From Macrostomum lignano (lineage: Eukaryota): 64,000 nucleotides of DNA. Below are positions 44,823 to 58,084 of the stretch, one piece after another. The position numbers were made by a program, and so were the translations under genes. Within the stretch, counting starts at the first letter, position 1. Every line of letters starts with the position of its first letter. The DNA is taken from positions 744,001 through 808,000 of the forward strand of contig NIVC01000020.1 of the NCBI GenBank assembly GCA_002269645.1. Reading direction: 5' to 3'. Under the pieces are notes generated by a model that made no database searches, was not told the origin of the DNA, and saw only the letters and a list, made by a program, of their open reading frames with translations.

Positions 44823-47455
44823 TCCCTTCATTCACAGCACCTCCCTTCATTCACAGCGCCTCCCTTCATTCACAGCACCTCTCTTCATTCACAGCACCTC
44901 CTTTCATTCACAGCGCTTCTCTTCATTCACAGCACCTCCCTTCATTCACAGCGCTTCTCTTCATTCACAGCACCTCTCTTCATTCACAGCACCTCTTCAT
45001 TCACAGCGCTTCTCTTCATTCACAGCACCTCTCTTCATTCACAGCACCTCTTCATTCACAGCGCTTCTCTTCATTCACAGTACCTCCCTTCATTCACAGC
45101 GCCTCCCTTCATTCACAGCGCCTCCCTTCATTCACAGCACCTGATCCCTTCCTTCATTCACAGCGCCTCCCTTTATTCACAGCACCTCCCTTCATTCACA
45201 GCGCCTCCCTTCATTCACAGCACCTGATCCCTTCCTTCATTCACAGCGCCTCTCTTCATTCACAGCACCTCCCTTCATTCACAGCGCCTCCCTTCATTCA
45301 CAGCACCTCTCTTCATTCACAGCGCCTCCCCTTCATTCACAGCGGCTCCCTTCATTCACAGCGCCTCCCTTCATTCACAGCGCCTCCCTTCATTCACAGC
45401 GGCTCCCTTCATTCACAGCGGCTCCCTTCATTCACAGCGCCTCCCTTCATTCACAGCGCCTCCCTTCATTCACAGCGCCTCCCTTTCATTCACAGCGCCT
45501 CCCTTCATTCACAGCGCCTCCCTTCATTCACAGCGCCTCCCTTTCATTCACAGCGCCTCCCTTCATTCACAGCGCCTCCCTTCATTCACAGCGCCTCCCT
45601 TTCATTCACAGCGCCTCCCTTCATTCACAGCGCCTCCCTTCATTCACAGCGCCTCCCTTCATTCACAGCGCCTCCCTTCATTCACAGCGCCTCCCTTCAT
45701 TCACAGCGCCTCCCTTCATTCACAGCGCCTCCCTTTCATTCACAGCGCCTCCCTTCATTCACAGCGCCTCCCTTTCATTCACAGCGCCTCCCTTCATTCA
45801 CAGCGCCTCCCTTCATTCACAGCGCCTCCCCTTCATTCACAGCGCCTCCCTTCATTCACAGCGCCTCCCCTTCATTCACAGCGCCTCCCTTCATTCACAG
45901 CGCCTCCCTTCATTCACAGCGCCTCCCTTCATTCACAGCGCCTCCCTTCATTCACAGCGCCTCCCTTCATTCACAGCGCCTCCCTTCATTCACAGCGCCT
46001 CCCTTCATTCACAGCGCCTCCCTTCATTCACAGCGCCTCCCCTTCATTCACAGCGCCTCCCCTTCATTCACAGCGCCTCCCTTCATTCACAGCGCCTCCC
46101 CTTCATTCACAGCGCCTCCCCTTCATTCACAGCGCCTCCCTTCATTCACAGCGCCTCCCTTCATTCACAGCGCCTCCCTTTCATTTACAGCGCCTCCCTT
46201 CATTCACAGCGCCTCCCTTCATTCACAGCGCCTCCCTTCATTCACAGCGCCTCCCTTCATTCACAGCGCCTCCCCTTCATTCACAGCGCCTCCCTTCATT
46301 CACAGCGCCTCCCCTTCATTCACAGCGCCTCCCCTTCATTCACAGCGCCTCCCTTCATTCACAGCGCCTCCCTTCATTCACAGCGCCTCCCTTCATTCAC
46401 AGCGCCTCCCTTCATTCACAGCGCCTCCCTTCATTCACAGCGCCTCCCCTTCATTCACAGCGCCTCCCCTTCATTCACAGCGCCTCCCTTCATTCACAGC
46501 GCCTCCCCTTCATTCACAGCGCCTCCCCTTCATTCACAGCGCCTCCCTTCATTCACAGCGCCTCCCTTCATTCACAGCGCCTCCCTTTCATTCACAGCGC
46601 CTCCCTTCATTCACAGCGCCTCCCTTCATTCACAGCGCCTCCCTTCATTCACAGCGCCTCCCTTCATTCACAGCGCCTCCCTTCATTCACAGCACCTGAT
46701 CCCTTCCTTCATTCACAGCGCCTCCCTTTCATTCACAGCGCCTCCCTTCATTCACAGCGCCTCCCTTTATTCACAGCACCTCCCTTCATTCACAGCGCCT
46801 CCCTTCATTCACAGCACCTGATCCCTTCCTTCATTCACAGCGCCTCTCTTCATTCACAGCACCTCCCTTCATTCACAGCGCCTCCCTTCATTCACAGCAC
46901 CTCTCTTCATTCACAGCGCCTCCCTTCATTCACAGCGGCTCCCTTCATTCACAGCGCCTCCCTTCATTCACAGCGCCTCCCTTCATTCACAGCGCCTCCC
47001 CTTCATTCACAGCGCCTCCCTTCATTCACAGCACCTCTCTTCATTCACAGCGCCTCCCTTCATTCACAGCGGCTCCCTTCATTCACAGCGCCTCCCTTCA
47101 TTCACAGCGCCTCCCTTCATTCACAGCGCCTCCCCTTCATTCACAGCGCCTCCCTTCATTCACAGCACCTCTCTTCATTCACAGCGCCTCCCCTTCATTC
47201 ACAGCGCCTCCCTTCATTCACAGCGCCTCCCTTTCATTCACAGCGCCTCCCTTTCATTCACAGCGCCTCCCTTTCATTCACAGCGCCTCCCTTTCATTCA
47301 CAGCGCCTCCCTTTCATTCACAGCGCCTCCCCTTCATTCACAGCGCCTCCCTTCATTCACAGCGCCTCCCTTCATTCACAGCGCCTCCCTTCATTCACAG
47401 CGCCTCCCTTCATTCACAGCGCCTCCCTTCATTCACAGCGCCTCCCTTTCATTTA
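44823..47455. repeat. 19-bp minisatellite (CTTCATTCACAGCGCCTCC)n, expanded copy, about 135 units
   Basis: Seen directly. Confidence 0.97.
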
Positions 47456-48359
47456 CACACATCTCCGTCAATTCAATAGCTAATAATGATGCAATTTGTG
47501 CTTGTCAAGCTCTCTGTCAGGACAGCAGCTGGCATGCAGATGCTTCACCTACATGCTGTGCACGGATTGCACAGCAGGTGCGCCAGTTTTGATTTACAAA
47601 AAAATCTGCTCTGGCGTAGCGCGAACAGGCGGCCCTCGCATTGCTTCTTGGCTGCATGGCTTAGTTAAATGTTGTAGCATTTGCAAGTATTGATCTTTGT
47701 TTCACGTATTTAAGTTATTTTAACAGTAGCAATATCAAGCCACTACCCGCCCGTTTACGCCCGTAAAAAATACCAATACATTTTTCTTGCTGCACCCGAA
47801 CGGAGCAATCCAGGAACACGAAATTCGAATTGGATTTTACAGTAAGCGCGAACGCATTCAGTGCAAACCCTTGTGCGCCAACCAGCACTGCGCCTCAGTG
47901 CGTCCTTGCCAAGCTTTCAGATTTCACCAGCAGGTTTACCGCATGTGTCTGCATCAGCTCCGACTTCAGTGGCCACAGGTAATTGCCCGGGTAGAGCTCC
48001 TGAACCTTTGGAGACCATGTTGCGACTGTGTCCTGCAGTCTAATGTCCAATGGGCATTGTACAATGTCCTCTACCCAATGTCATAAATTTTTCTGGCAAG
48101 TCCTGATTATTGGCAAACCTCAACTGCTGAACATTCTCAGCTAGTCTTTCAAGCATTCAGTCATCATCCTGACGCTGTCGGCATCTTCAGCATGAGGCAC
48201 TCGCTACATCTACCCGTAATCAACCTGCTGGATACTCTGTAATTCTCGCAGTTCAGTTAATAACTGTGGCATTGAGCTTAGAATTTCAGATTCATGAGAC
48301 TGCGCGATTGGGTCTCTGTGGATAGTATTCTCTCTGCATCTCTAGAGAGATAGATAGTA

Positions 48360-48812
48360 TCTCCTTATCTCCCTGCATCTCCCGGCTCCCTGCATCTCCC
48401 GTCTGTCTGCATCTCTTTATCTCCCTGCATCTCTCATCTCTGAGCATCTCCCGGCTCCCTGCATCTCTTTATCTCCCTGCACCTCCCGTCTCTCTTTATC
48501 TCTGCGTCTCCCTGCATCTCCCGTCCCACTTCATCTCTCGGCCGTTCCCTGCATCTCCCATCCCTCTTCATCTCTCGGCCGTTCCCTGCATCTCCCGTCC
48601 CACTTCATCTCTCGGCCGTTCCCTGCATCTCCCGTCCCACTTCATCTCTCGGCCGTTCCCTGCATCTCTTTAACTCCCTGCATCTCCCGTCTCTCTTTAT
48701 CTCCCGGCTCCCTGCATCTCCCGTCCCTCTTCATCTCTCGGTCGTTCCCTGCATCTCCCATCCCTCTTCATCTCTCGGCCGTTCCCTGCATCTCTGCGTC
48801 TTCCTTCATCTC
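48360..48812. repeat. Degenerate pyrimidine-rich TCCCTGCATCTC repeat
   Basis: Seen directly. Confidence 0.8.
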
Positions 48813-49566
48813 CCGTCTATCAATATACGCTCGTATTTGCACACCAGCCTAACAAACGAGGCCGGCAGAGCCGCCCCGCAGTGAGAGTGGCCGCAGGGAT
48901 TCCAGCAGTCCCAATCAATCTTCTCTGCATCGGAAGCAGCTGGGCCGGGCCGGGGTGGCGCAGAGGAAGCGGCGGGCAGCGGACCGCCCGCCACAATCAG
49001 CCCAGGTGCCCGACCGCCTCACCCGGCCTCACAAGATGTAGAAAATGTTGATCCGAGAGTCGGGATGCATGGGATGCTGGGCCACCCCCCTCCCCACCGA
49101 TACCCCGCTGATCAATGAGCCGCAGCTCTCGCACCGAGAGCAGCATTGCAGTTTATTGCGGAACGCAGACGCGAAGCCCCACAGCGGAACTTCAGCAACA
49201 AAAGCAGCAGCTGCTTTCGCTGCGCTGAATGCGGACAGCGGGCTCTGAAGCCTTTGTGAGACATTGCTGAACTAGAAATAGAAATTCATTCGTTTCATGC
49301 TCTCTCAGAATGTCTTTGAATTCTGCTAAGCTCTGCGTTATTTTGCTTAAGTCCCGCTCTGCTTCAACTCCTGTGAGCACCAAAATGCAGTGGAACCAAA
49401 TTATTCTAGGATCTTGAGTAGTGCGAATTTCCAAGTGAATCTGGCCAATGCGTTTTGCAGCAAAAGCAGACCTGCACTGAAATTTGCACGACTTGCGAGT
49501 GTAGCAGACGAATGAAGGAATGAAAGCTCACAGGATTGGCAGGCACATCGTGTCGGAGGGAATAGC

Positions 49567-49736
49567 CTGTCACTCTGAATGTCACACTAACCTGTCACTC
49601 TTACTGATACACTAGCCTGTCACTCTGAATGTCACACTAACCTGTCACTCTTACTGATACACTAGCCTGTCACTCTGAATGTCACACTAACCTGTCACTC
49701 TTACTGATACACTAGCCTGTCACTCTGAATGTCACA
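49567..49736. repeat. 25-bp minisatellite with alternating variants, relative of the C16orf89 intron-1 array
   Basis: CTGTCACTCTGAATGTCACACTAAC alternating with CTGTCACTCTTACTGATACACTAGC. Confidence 0.88.
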
Positions 49737-50418
49737 CAAGAGAGACCAGGCAGCCAATCAGGAGGCGAGGAGGGAGGGGCTACAAGGAACGAAGAGAGAC
49801 CAGGCAACCAATCAGGGGGCGACTAAAGACAGACTCTGCATTGTTCGGCCAGGTTCCAGTCCAAAAGACACTGAAATAACAAACACACGCAGGACAAGAA
49901 AAGCACGATTAAATACAGGCTAATCCAGTTAAATAAAGCATCATAATGCGCCTATTTGGATAGCAAGATATATATTGTGCATTGATACAGAGGGACTCTG
50001 CAACTGTCGCTAGAACATCAGCGGCAAGTCAGTCAGATCAGGAATAGGTGCAATAATAGTTAACAAATTGCTCTAAGGTGCGAGGCCAATGAAAAACAAA
50101 TGAGGCGAAGGCCCGGGCCTTTGTGTACAAACTCAGTTAGCGCCGCGAATGCATCCAGTTTTTAGGGATCATAAATCATCAGCTCGAGAATCTGGGTTAC
50201 GCAGATAAATAGTTAGACATCGGAGCGGGTGGATCACAGCTGTAGAATTCGGATTAACAGCGGGTCGGAGGGGAATCAGACCCTGGGACAGCGAGGCGTG
50301 GCAGCCCCAGAAATGAAAAGGACCAGGGCCCAAAGCTGAAAGACCAAGATGGAGCAGCCTTGCCAAGTCTGCAAAGGTCATGGGCTTCAGAGGAGGCCGG
50401 CTGGCCGATCCCGGCAGC

Positions 50419-52083
50419 TCAGGCGGTGGAGCAGCCGGCGACATCCACCGGTCGCATGAGGGCCGCCTGCAGATCCGCTAGCACTTCAACGTCCTTGTCG
50501 TCCACAATGCGGAATTTCAGGTTGAACGCAAGCAGGTGCCGCGCCACTGTGTTCAGGTGGGGCGTCAGGTCCATGCGGAGCACGGAGTCAAAGTGGCAGG
50601 CGTACACGTGAGCCAGGATGTGCAGCAGGTGCCGCAACACGCAGGCGGACACGGCGTGGAAGTCCATGAGGAAGGCCTGGCCGTAGCGGGTTGGGAAGTT
50701 GCCCAGCATCTCCTGGCACTGCGTCAGCAGGCTGTCAATGTGGTTGCGGGCCGAGGACCGGGCCTGCAGGGGTTCGGCGTGCGAACAAATGAGCTGTGCT
50801 CAGACTGATCTCTTGTGAAACTGCGGAAATTTGCGCACCCACCCCATCAATTATCTCCGCTGTGGGTCCCAGTGTATAGTGGCGCACCCACTCCACCAAT
50901 TATCTCCGCTGTGGGTCCCAGTGTATAGTGGCGCACCCACCCCACCAATTATCTCCGCTGTGGGTCCCAGTGTATAGTGGCGCACCCACCCCCACCAATT
51001 ATCTCCGCTGTGGGTTCCAGTGTACAGTGGCGCACCCACCCCACCAATTATCTCCGCTGTGGGTCCCAGTGTATAGTGGCGCACCCACCCCACCAATTAT
51101 CTCCGCTGTGGGTCCCAGTGTACAGTGGCGCACCCACCCCACCAATTATTTCTGCTGGGGTCCCAGTGTACAGTGGCGCACCCACCCCACCAATTATCTC
51201 CGCTGTGGGTCCCAGTGTACAGTGGCGCACTCACCCCATCAATTATCTCCGCTGTGGGTCCCAGTTTACAGTGGCGCACCCACCCCACCAATTATCTCCG
51301 CTGTGGGTCCCAGTGTTGATTTGAATCGTTGATTGATCAATTGATTTCAAAAAAAAACATTCGCCTCCAGTCCATTAAAAAATCGAGTAAAATATACAGT
51401 CTATTGAGTCCTCAGACTGAGCTGCCCCCCTCAGAGTCCTCATTGAGTTCATTTGACTGCTCATTGACTGCTGCCCCTTTCAATGAGTTCTCAGACTGAG
51501 CTGCCATAGTGGAGTTGCTGATGTCTTTTTGCTGATCTAAAATCACGCATCAAACCGCCTATGCAAATACGCAGGCAAATAAGTAAAAAACCCATAGTGA
51601 AGACTCACACTATTCCAAAAGTTTTCACCAGCCTCACCTGAGCCATAATGTATCAAATTTAAGTGCAATTTCAATCCCGAAACCCAGAACGCCTGAGAAC
51701 TACAGTAACACTGATTGCATACAAATTCTCACAAGCCATCAGAAAATGCACACCTTCTTAGTCTTTTCTTCGGGAGCGCAGAAGTTCACCCCGCCCGGCC
51801 CGGTGAACTTCTCGCAATTGCAAAAGTCGTACACGGCCTCGAACACCGTGCTGACGTTCTCATACAGGGCGCACACGTGGGTGGCCACCCATTCATTTTG
51901 CTGCAGCAGCAGCGGCTGCTCAAGCAGCTGGTCCAGATCGGTGCCCAGCACAATCTGCTTTGCCGCGTGCTCCGGCTGGGTGTACAGACGGCACTCCTCG
52001 CTGCTGTTGTTGCCGGCAGACGACGGGCTGCGGTCGGCGGCTGAGCCGGGCCGGCCGCGGGCCTTGCCGATTAACCAGTCCAT
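50419..52083 (-). CDS. MOB2: MOB kinase activator 2-like, 224 aa, 2 exons
   Basis: Exons 51754-52083 and 50419-50763 (phase 0). MDWLIGK, NEWVATH, FC, FPTRYG, HLLHILAHVYACHF, HLNT match MOB2 as recalled. Confidence 0.88.
50835..51316. repeat. ~49-bp minisatellite in the MOB2 intron, about 10 units
   Basis: CCACCAATTATCTCCGCTGTGGGTCCCAGTGTATAGTGGCGCACCCACC. Confidence 0.93.
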
Positions 52084-53469
52084 GCGGCCGCGGCTGTCTG
52101 CGGGAAGGCGAAAAATAATTAGGCGCTCAATGCAGACTACTGATAATAGCAAGTCAGTAGCACAGAGAATATCGCTAGTAAATTCTGCTTTCGCACAGTA
52201 AAAGAAAAGCAATACAATTTTTCCTAAACCCAGTGTTCGGTATGATTGTTAATATTTGATTGGAGTCAAGGTCTTGTTTAGTCCCCACACAATCAGTAGT
52301 GTATATAAATCGAATTGGTTTTGGGTTGAAACATTAAAGACAAGGATCGATATATGATTATTGGGATGCTATAGATTCTTCAATTGGGATTAGGATCAAA
52401 TATATGTTGTAAGTCTATAATATGAGCTCCTGAGTACATATAATGACAGCTATACCTCTTCACTGAGCATAAAAGCATGTATGCTAGAATATTTTCCCCT
52501 TACAACTGTTATCATTTATTTGTATTTTATAAAAAAGAATACATGTGCTTTTGGTGCCCAAATATAGTGTCATATATTTTCAATAAGATTTTTACTATAG
52601 ATAGGAGGCCTGTTGTCACAACTGGCAAAATGAATTTGTGCCCATTCTGCTGACTCCTCTGAGTAGGCATATCACAGATATATATACAGTTATATGCACA
52701 GGCACATGCTTACAAGAGTGTACAGTAGCCCTAACTTTATTTATTGTTAGGCATGTACACTTCACTATACCTTTGAGATTAGACTTTAAGGATGTTGATT
52801 ACACAAGTAGGTCAAAGCTGAGATTTAAATTTAGTCCCAAATTTTAATGTTACTGCACTTGGAATTGAGCCTAGGTTGCTGGCTCATAAGACTACTTTGT
52901 TAGACCAATAAGGTTATAGTTTTAACTCAAGAAAAGAAAAACATCAAAGTCTTATATAGTAGATCATAGTCTAATAGACATTTAAATCTAGTATATATAC
53001 TTAGCAACATTGAAAAGTCACCATCATAGAAGATTCTGCCTGTGGTTACAACTTTTGCAAGTGCAAGTAAAGTCTCTCAATCTTCTTGAGTGACACAACT
53101 TAGCTATACTGCAACAGACTTGAGTTGAGGAATGAAGTGGAGGAGCAGTGTGCGAGAGTTAGACAGATTCAAGCTATCCTAATCAGTGTTTTTGTATCTT
53201 TTATTTCAGAATAGTTCAAGATAAATTGCTCACTGGTGCATAGAATGGCAAATTTTCAATGTTGTTGAGTATAGATATAGCATATATATTCTTAGAACCT
53301 ATGAATTGAAATTGGTGCTTTGTTGCTAAGTATATATTTTTTAATATATATATATTTAAAAATTTCTTTTTCCATTAATGCACTAATATGATTGAAGCTA
53401 CAAATGTGATCTTAAAGTCAAAATTTAAAGTCATAGAAAGTGATAAAGCTCATTCAATGATAATTCAAG

Positions 53470-53611
53470 CAGTAGCACAACTAAGAACTTGTTGGAGGGT
53501 AGTGGCTCTGTTTTTTGAAAAAATTTGCTTGGTCCCCCTTTTGTTTTTTTAGGTCTCTGTTTAAATAGGAGGGGTAACTGTCTCCCTGTCTTCCTCTTAG
53601 TTGTGCTACTG
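53470..53611. mobile_element. Short hAT-like MITE, 142 bp
   Basis: Perfect 16-bp TIR CAGTAGCACAACTAAG; flanks AATTCAAG / AATTTAAG (7/8). Confidence 0.7.
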
Positions 53612-54821
53612 AATTTAAGACAATAGGACTATTGAAGATGCCAAATATATAGAAAACATGGTGTCTGACTTCAAAATAAACCATTTAATATAGATCCATG
53701 GCATGTTTCTGGTATATTATATTTGAAGTAGATATACATTTGATAAACATTTTATAGGTTCTAGCTAAGTTAAATATAAAAATTTAATAATTTAAAGCAA
53801 CCTCCATTGAATTTCTTATTTGTTTCTTTTTTCTTACTTATAAGACTATGTGATCTAATTAAACTCAAAATTATCAAATTTTAATAAAAATTATCCTTTC
53901 TTTGGCTTAACATTTTTATAAATTATATTTGCAAAATGTTATAAATATTCTGTTATTACAATCAATAGCTACCAAAATGTGATAAGACTAAAAATCATAT
54001 TTAAATGATTCAAATCATCTATAGTCTTGTAGAGACCCTCTTTGGTGAAAATTCCCATGTCTATGGGCTTTTGAATATCTATGCTATAGAGCTATTTTTA
54101 CCAACATGTAGCCATGTGCTTAGTAAGCATAGCAAATTGTGTGCTACCTAATTCCAGAAGATGTAATGCATGCCAGAATTTTCTAGCATGCATTTGAAAA
54201 TGTCAGCGTACATGGCATGCAATAGAAAGAAAGTGTAGGCCTAGTAGTCAGGGTGCATAATTGCCTTGCAATCTACATTATAGCATGCCAGTGTGAGGCA
54301 TATGATGGATAGACATTAAAGTTATTTGTAGCAAAAAGTAGAATATATTTATGATTAGAGGAGAAATTAGAAAAGCAGTTTTTACTATAGGTGGAAATTT
54401 AGAAAAATGACATGTATTTAATCAAGAATCTATAGGCCTAAACAGTTTGTTAGTAGCAGCCAAAAATGTTTCCATGTGGCTGGCATGTCCACAAGACTTA
54501 AGACTATGGAGTATCATATTATATTTTTTAGCAAGAGAGCTTTCTTTGAGCTATCTTTTGTTTATCATTTCGGAAAATGTTTTCTTTAAATTCATAAACT
54601 AAATGGCTTAAGTACAATGGAAAGTTCATTATTTAATAAAATAATTTTATATAAGAAGATACAGACAAACCATTTTTAGTATATAGGATTAGCAATCTTT
54701 GCCCCCTAATGTGGGACATCTGGATAGAATCTTTGTTCTTTACAAGAATAAATAGACAGCAAAATAAAGCCTTCATAAAAAAAGCAGACATTCCCTCTAA
54801 AAAGAAAATATTCCAATATAG

Positions 54822-54985
54822 CAAGCATCCCCAGACAGCATGCAAGCATCCCCTAGATAGTAAGCACCCCCCCCCAATAGCAAGCATCCCCCAATACCAA
54901 GCAACCCAAGATAGTAAGCATCCCCCTGATAGCAAGCATCCCCCTAATAGCAAGTATCTATCTTTAAATAGCAAGCATTCACTAG
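54822..54985. repeat. Degenerate AGCAAGCATCCCC tandem repeat
   Basis: Seen directly. Confidence 0.75.
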
Positions 54986-55064
54986 ACAACAAGTAGCTAG
55001 AGCAACAATTTCCTTAGCTTTATAGTTTCTCCATTTTGCTTGGCATGACATTTACTTTCACATT

Positions 55065-56160
55065 TGAAATGGTGTCTCTTTTATGTGTGACATGGAGGCT
55101 CTTTTATGTTTGGCAAGGTGGCTCATTATTGTTTGACATGGTGGCTTTTTAATGTTCAACATAGTGGCTCTTTTATGTTTGACATAAAGTCATGTATATG
55201 TTTGACATGGTGGCTTTCTTATGTTTGACATGATGGCTCTTTTATGTTTGACATGGTAGCTCTTTTATGTCTGACATGGTAGCTCTTTATGTTTGACAAG
55301 GTGGCTCTTTTATGTTTGACATGCAGTCACATATATGTTTGACATGCAGTCACATATATTTTTGACTTGGTGGCTCTTTTTGTTTGACATGGTGGCTCTT
55401 TAATGTTTGACATGGTGGCTCTTTAATTTTCAACATAGTGGCTCTTTTATGTTTGACATAGAGTCATTTATATGTTTGACATGGTGTCTCTTTTATGTTT
55501 GGCTCTTTAATGTTCAACATGGTGGCTCTTTAATGTTTGATATGGTGGCTTTTTGATGTTTGCCATGGTGGCCCTTTTATATTTGAAATCGTGGCTCTTT
55601 AATGTTTGACATGCAGTCATGTGTATGTTTGACATGGTGGCTCTTTAATGTTTGACATGTAGTCACGTGTGTTTGAGATGGTGGCTCTTTTATTTTTGAC
55701 ATGGAGTCAGGTATATGTTTGACATGGTGCCTTTTTTATGTTTAACATGGTGGCTCTTTAATGTTTGACATGGAGTCACGTATATGATTGACATGGTGGC
55801 TCTTTAATGTTTGACATGGAGTCATATGTATATTTGACATAGTGGCTCTTTAATGTTTGACATGGAGTCACGTATATGTTTGACATGGTGGCTTTTTTAT
55901 GTTCAACATGGTGGCTCTTTTATGTTCGACATTGTGGCTCTTTTATGTCTGACATAGTGGCTCTTTAATGTTTGACATGGAGTCACGTATATGTTTGACA
56001 TGGTGGCTTTTTTATGTTCAACATGGTGGCTCTTTTATGTTCGACATTGTGGCTCTTTTATGTCTGACATAGTGGCTCTTTAATGTTTGACATGGAGTCA
56101 CATATATGTTTGACATGGTACTACTCTTATTTTTTACATTGTGCTCCTTTTATGTTTGGC
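55065..56160. repeat. Degenerate ~23-bp minisatellite (ATGTTTGACATGGTGGCTCTTTT)n
   Basis: Seen directly. Confidence 0.9.
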
Positions 56161-56699
56161 ATTTTGTGTTTTTAAGGTATTTAATTATTTTGCACTTCTA
56201 AGATTTAAACCCAGGTCGCTATATTAGCAATCTAGTCTGTTTGCATCTAGGCTGTCTCTAATAATTGGAGAACATGAATTGTGACCCTTATAATTCAATA
56301 CTTATAGCAAGTCAGTTAGAGTAAAAAGTTATGACATAATCAATTTCTTAGTCTCAATATCAGTCTTACTCAGCCAGTATCAGTCTCAATTTAAGTTAGC
56401 AATATGGTTACGCAATTTCAATCAAGTCTTGTGCACATTTCTTTGACACTGTTTTCAACTTGTTGTGATGTTATCTTTATCAGAATCAAAATTCAGCCAG
56501 TTAGTTTTGTCTTTAGCATTCTCACAATGTGTTTCAAGTCAAAAATTTTGCTTGACCTTTGCAAAAAAACATGTTTTTTAATGTTTAATCCCTTTAACAT
56601 TGAGCAATTTCCTAGCCAAAATGCATGTACCAACTCAGGAAAATTTCTGATCAAATGGTGCAAGTTTGAAGAAAATCAGTTGAGCCGTAATTTCTGAAA

Positions 56700-57301
56700 G
56701 GCAGTGCCCATCCCCACGGTACCATAGGAATAATTTCTGTCTTATTCCAACGGTACCGTGCCAATAATTTTCTGCTTATCCGCACGGCACACCGACGAGA
56801 TAGCCGCCCTATCTTCTGCATATGCCGTGGGAATAATTTTCTGCTTATACGCACGGCACACTGACGAGATAGCTGCCCTACACGTCCTCTGTTTTATTCC
56901 CTCTGCTTTACTAGCTGCCCTATCTGCTATATATACCAGGTATATGTTGTGCGTGAATGGTTTATAGCTTATTGAAAGGGAATTTGAACTGAGGATACTA
57001 AGAAGCTGTTGATCTTGATGTATAAACTCGAATCAGTTCTAGACTAGTATATGCATGTGTAAATGCATGTTTTTCTGCTTTACTGATACCCTTCTGTATA
57101 CTTATTCAACAATAATTCAATAAAGTTGTTATACTGCACTCAAATTGTATGTACTCTTACTAAACTTCCCACACGGCATATGTAGAAGATAGGGCAGCTA
57201 TCTCGTCAGTGTGCCGTGCGGATAAGCAGAAAATTATTCGCACGGTACCGTTGGAATAAGACAGAAATTATTCCTACGGTACCATGGGGATAAGCACTGC
57301 C
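56700..57301. mobile_element. Mutator/MULE-like MITE, 602 bp, about 130-bp TIRs, 9-bp TSD
   Basis: TIRs GGCAGTG... / ...CACTGCC with few mismatches; TTTCTGAAA at 56691-56699 and 57302-57310; internal tandem duplication of the sub-terminal left arm (~56830-56880). Confidence 0.85.
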
Positions 57302-58084
57302 TTTCTGAAATCAATTGCATAGCTAGATACAGACAACTCATTTTTAGTAGATAGGATTTTACATGGAGTGAATTGACATATAGTTTTCATTTTTAGTAAA
57401 TTAGATAATAGTAAACATAACATTGTAGAAAACAATTAAATAACTAACTGTATGTACTATGTAAGATATTATTAGGATTTATTAAATGTCATGGAGGCCT
57501 AACTTACCACGTCAATTTATAAAAAGTATAACGTAGCAATAGAGTGCAAAAGCGCAAAACTTAAGATAATATACAAAATGGGTAATAGCAACAGGAAAAG
57601 TGGAGCATATCCGAAGAAAATACTTAGGTTAGTATCAACTTGAACTTCACTTTTAAAGACAAAGTTATGCTAGCAACAGAAAGTAATAAAATTTTCAATA
57701 CTTGCACGGCCGAATGATTTTTTTGAATATCTGGCAGTGCAATAAGAGTTCTTGTTAGCCTTGGCTGGTTTATCAGTCCGTCTGCTACGCCTAGGCCTAA
57801 GCTGATAATAATAAATAATGTATATATACATGGTTCTTAGAATTCTAAATGATTTAAAAACTATCAAAAATAGAATTTAGGCATTTTAAACAAAGTATTT
57901 GTAAAATTTATTGGCTTATCTACCAGTTTTAGAGATTTTAGTACACTTAAATTCTACTATGTTTTTATTTTATGATAATGTTAGGATTTGTATCATTGAG
58001 ATTCTGACGTTTTTAACGATGAAGGTAAAAAGATTCAATAAAAGTTTCCACCATGCATTGATTAACTGCATCTGAGGGACTTGA

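Noticed and set aside
44807-46699. 630-aa ORF
   Set aside because: Translation of the 19-bp minisatellite.
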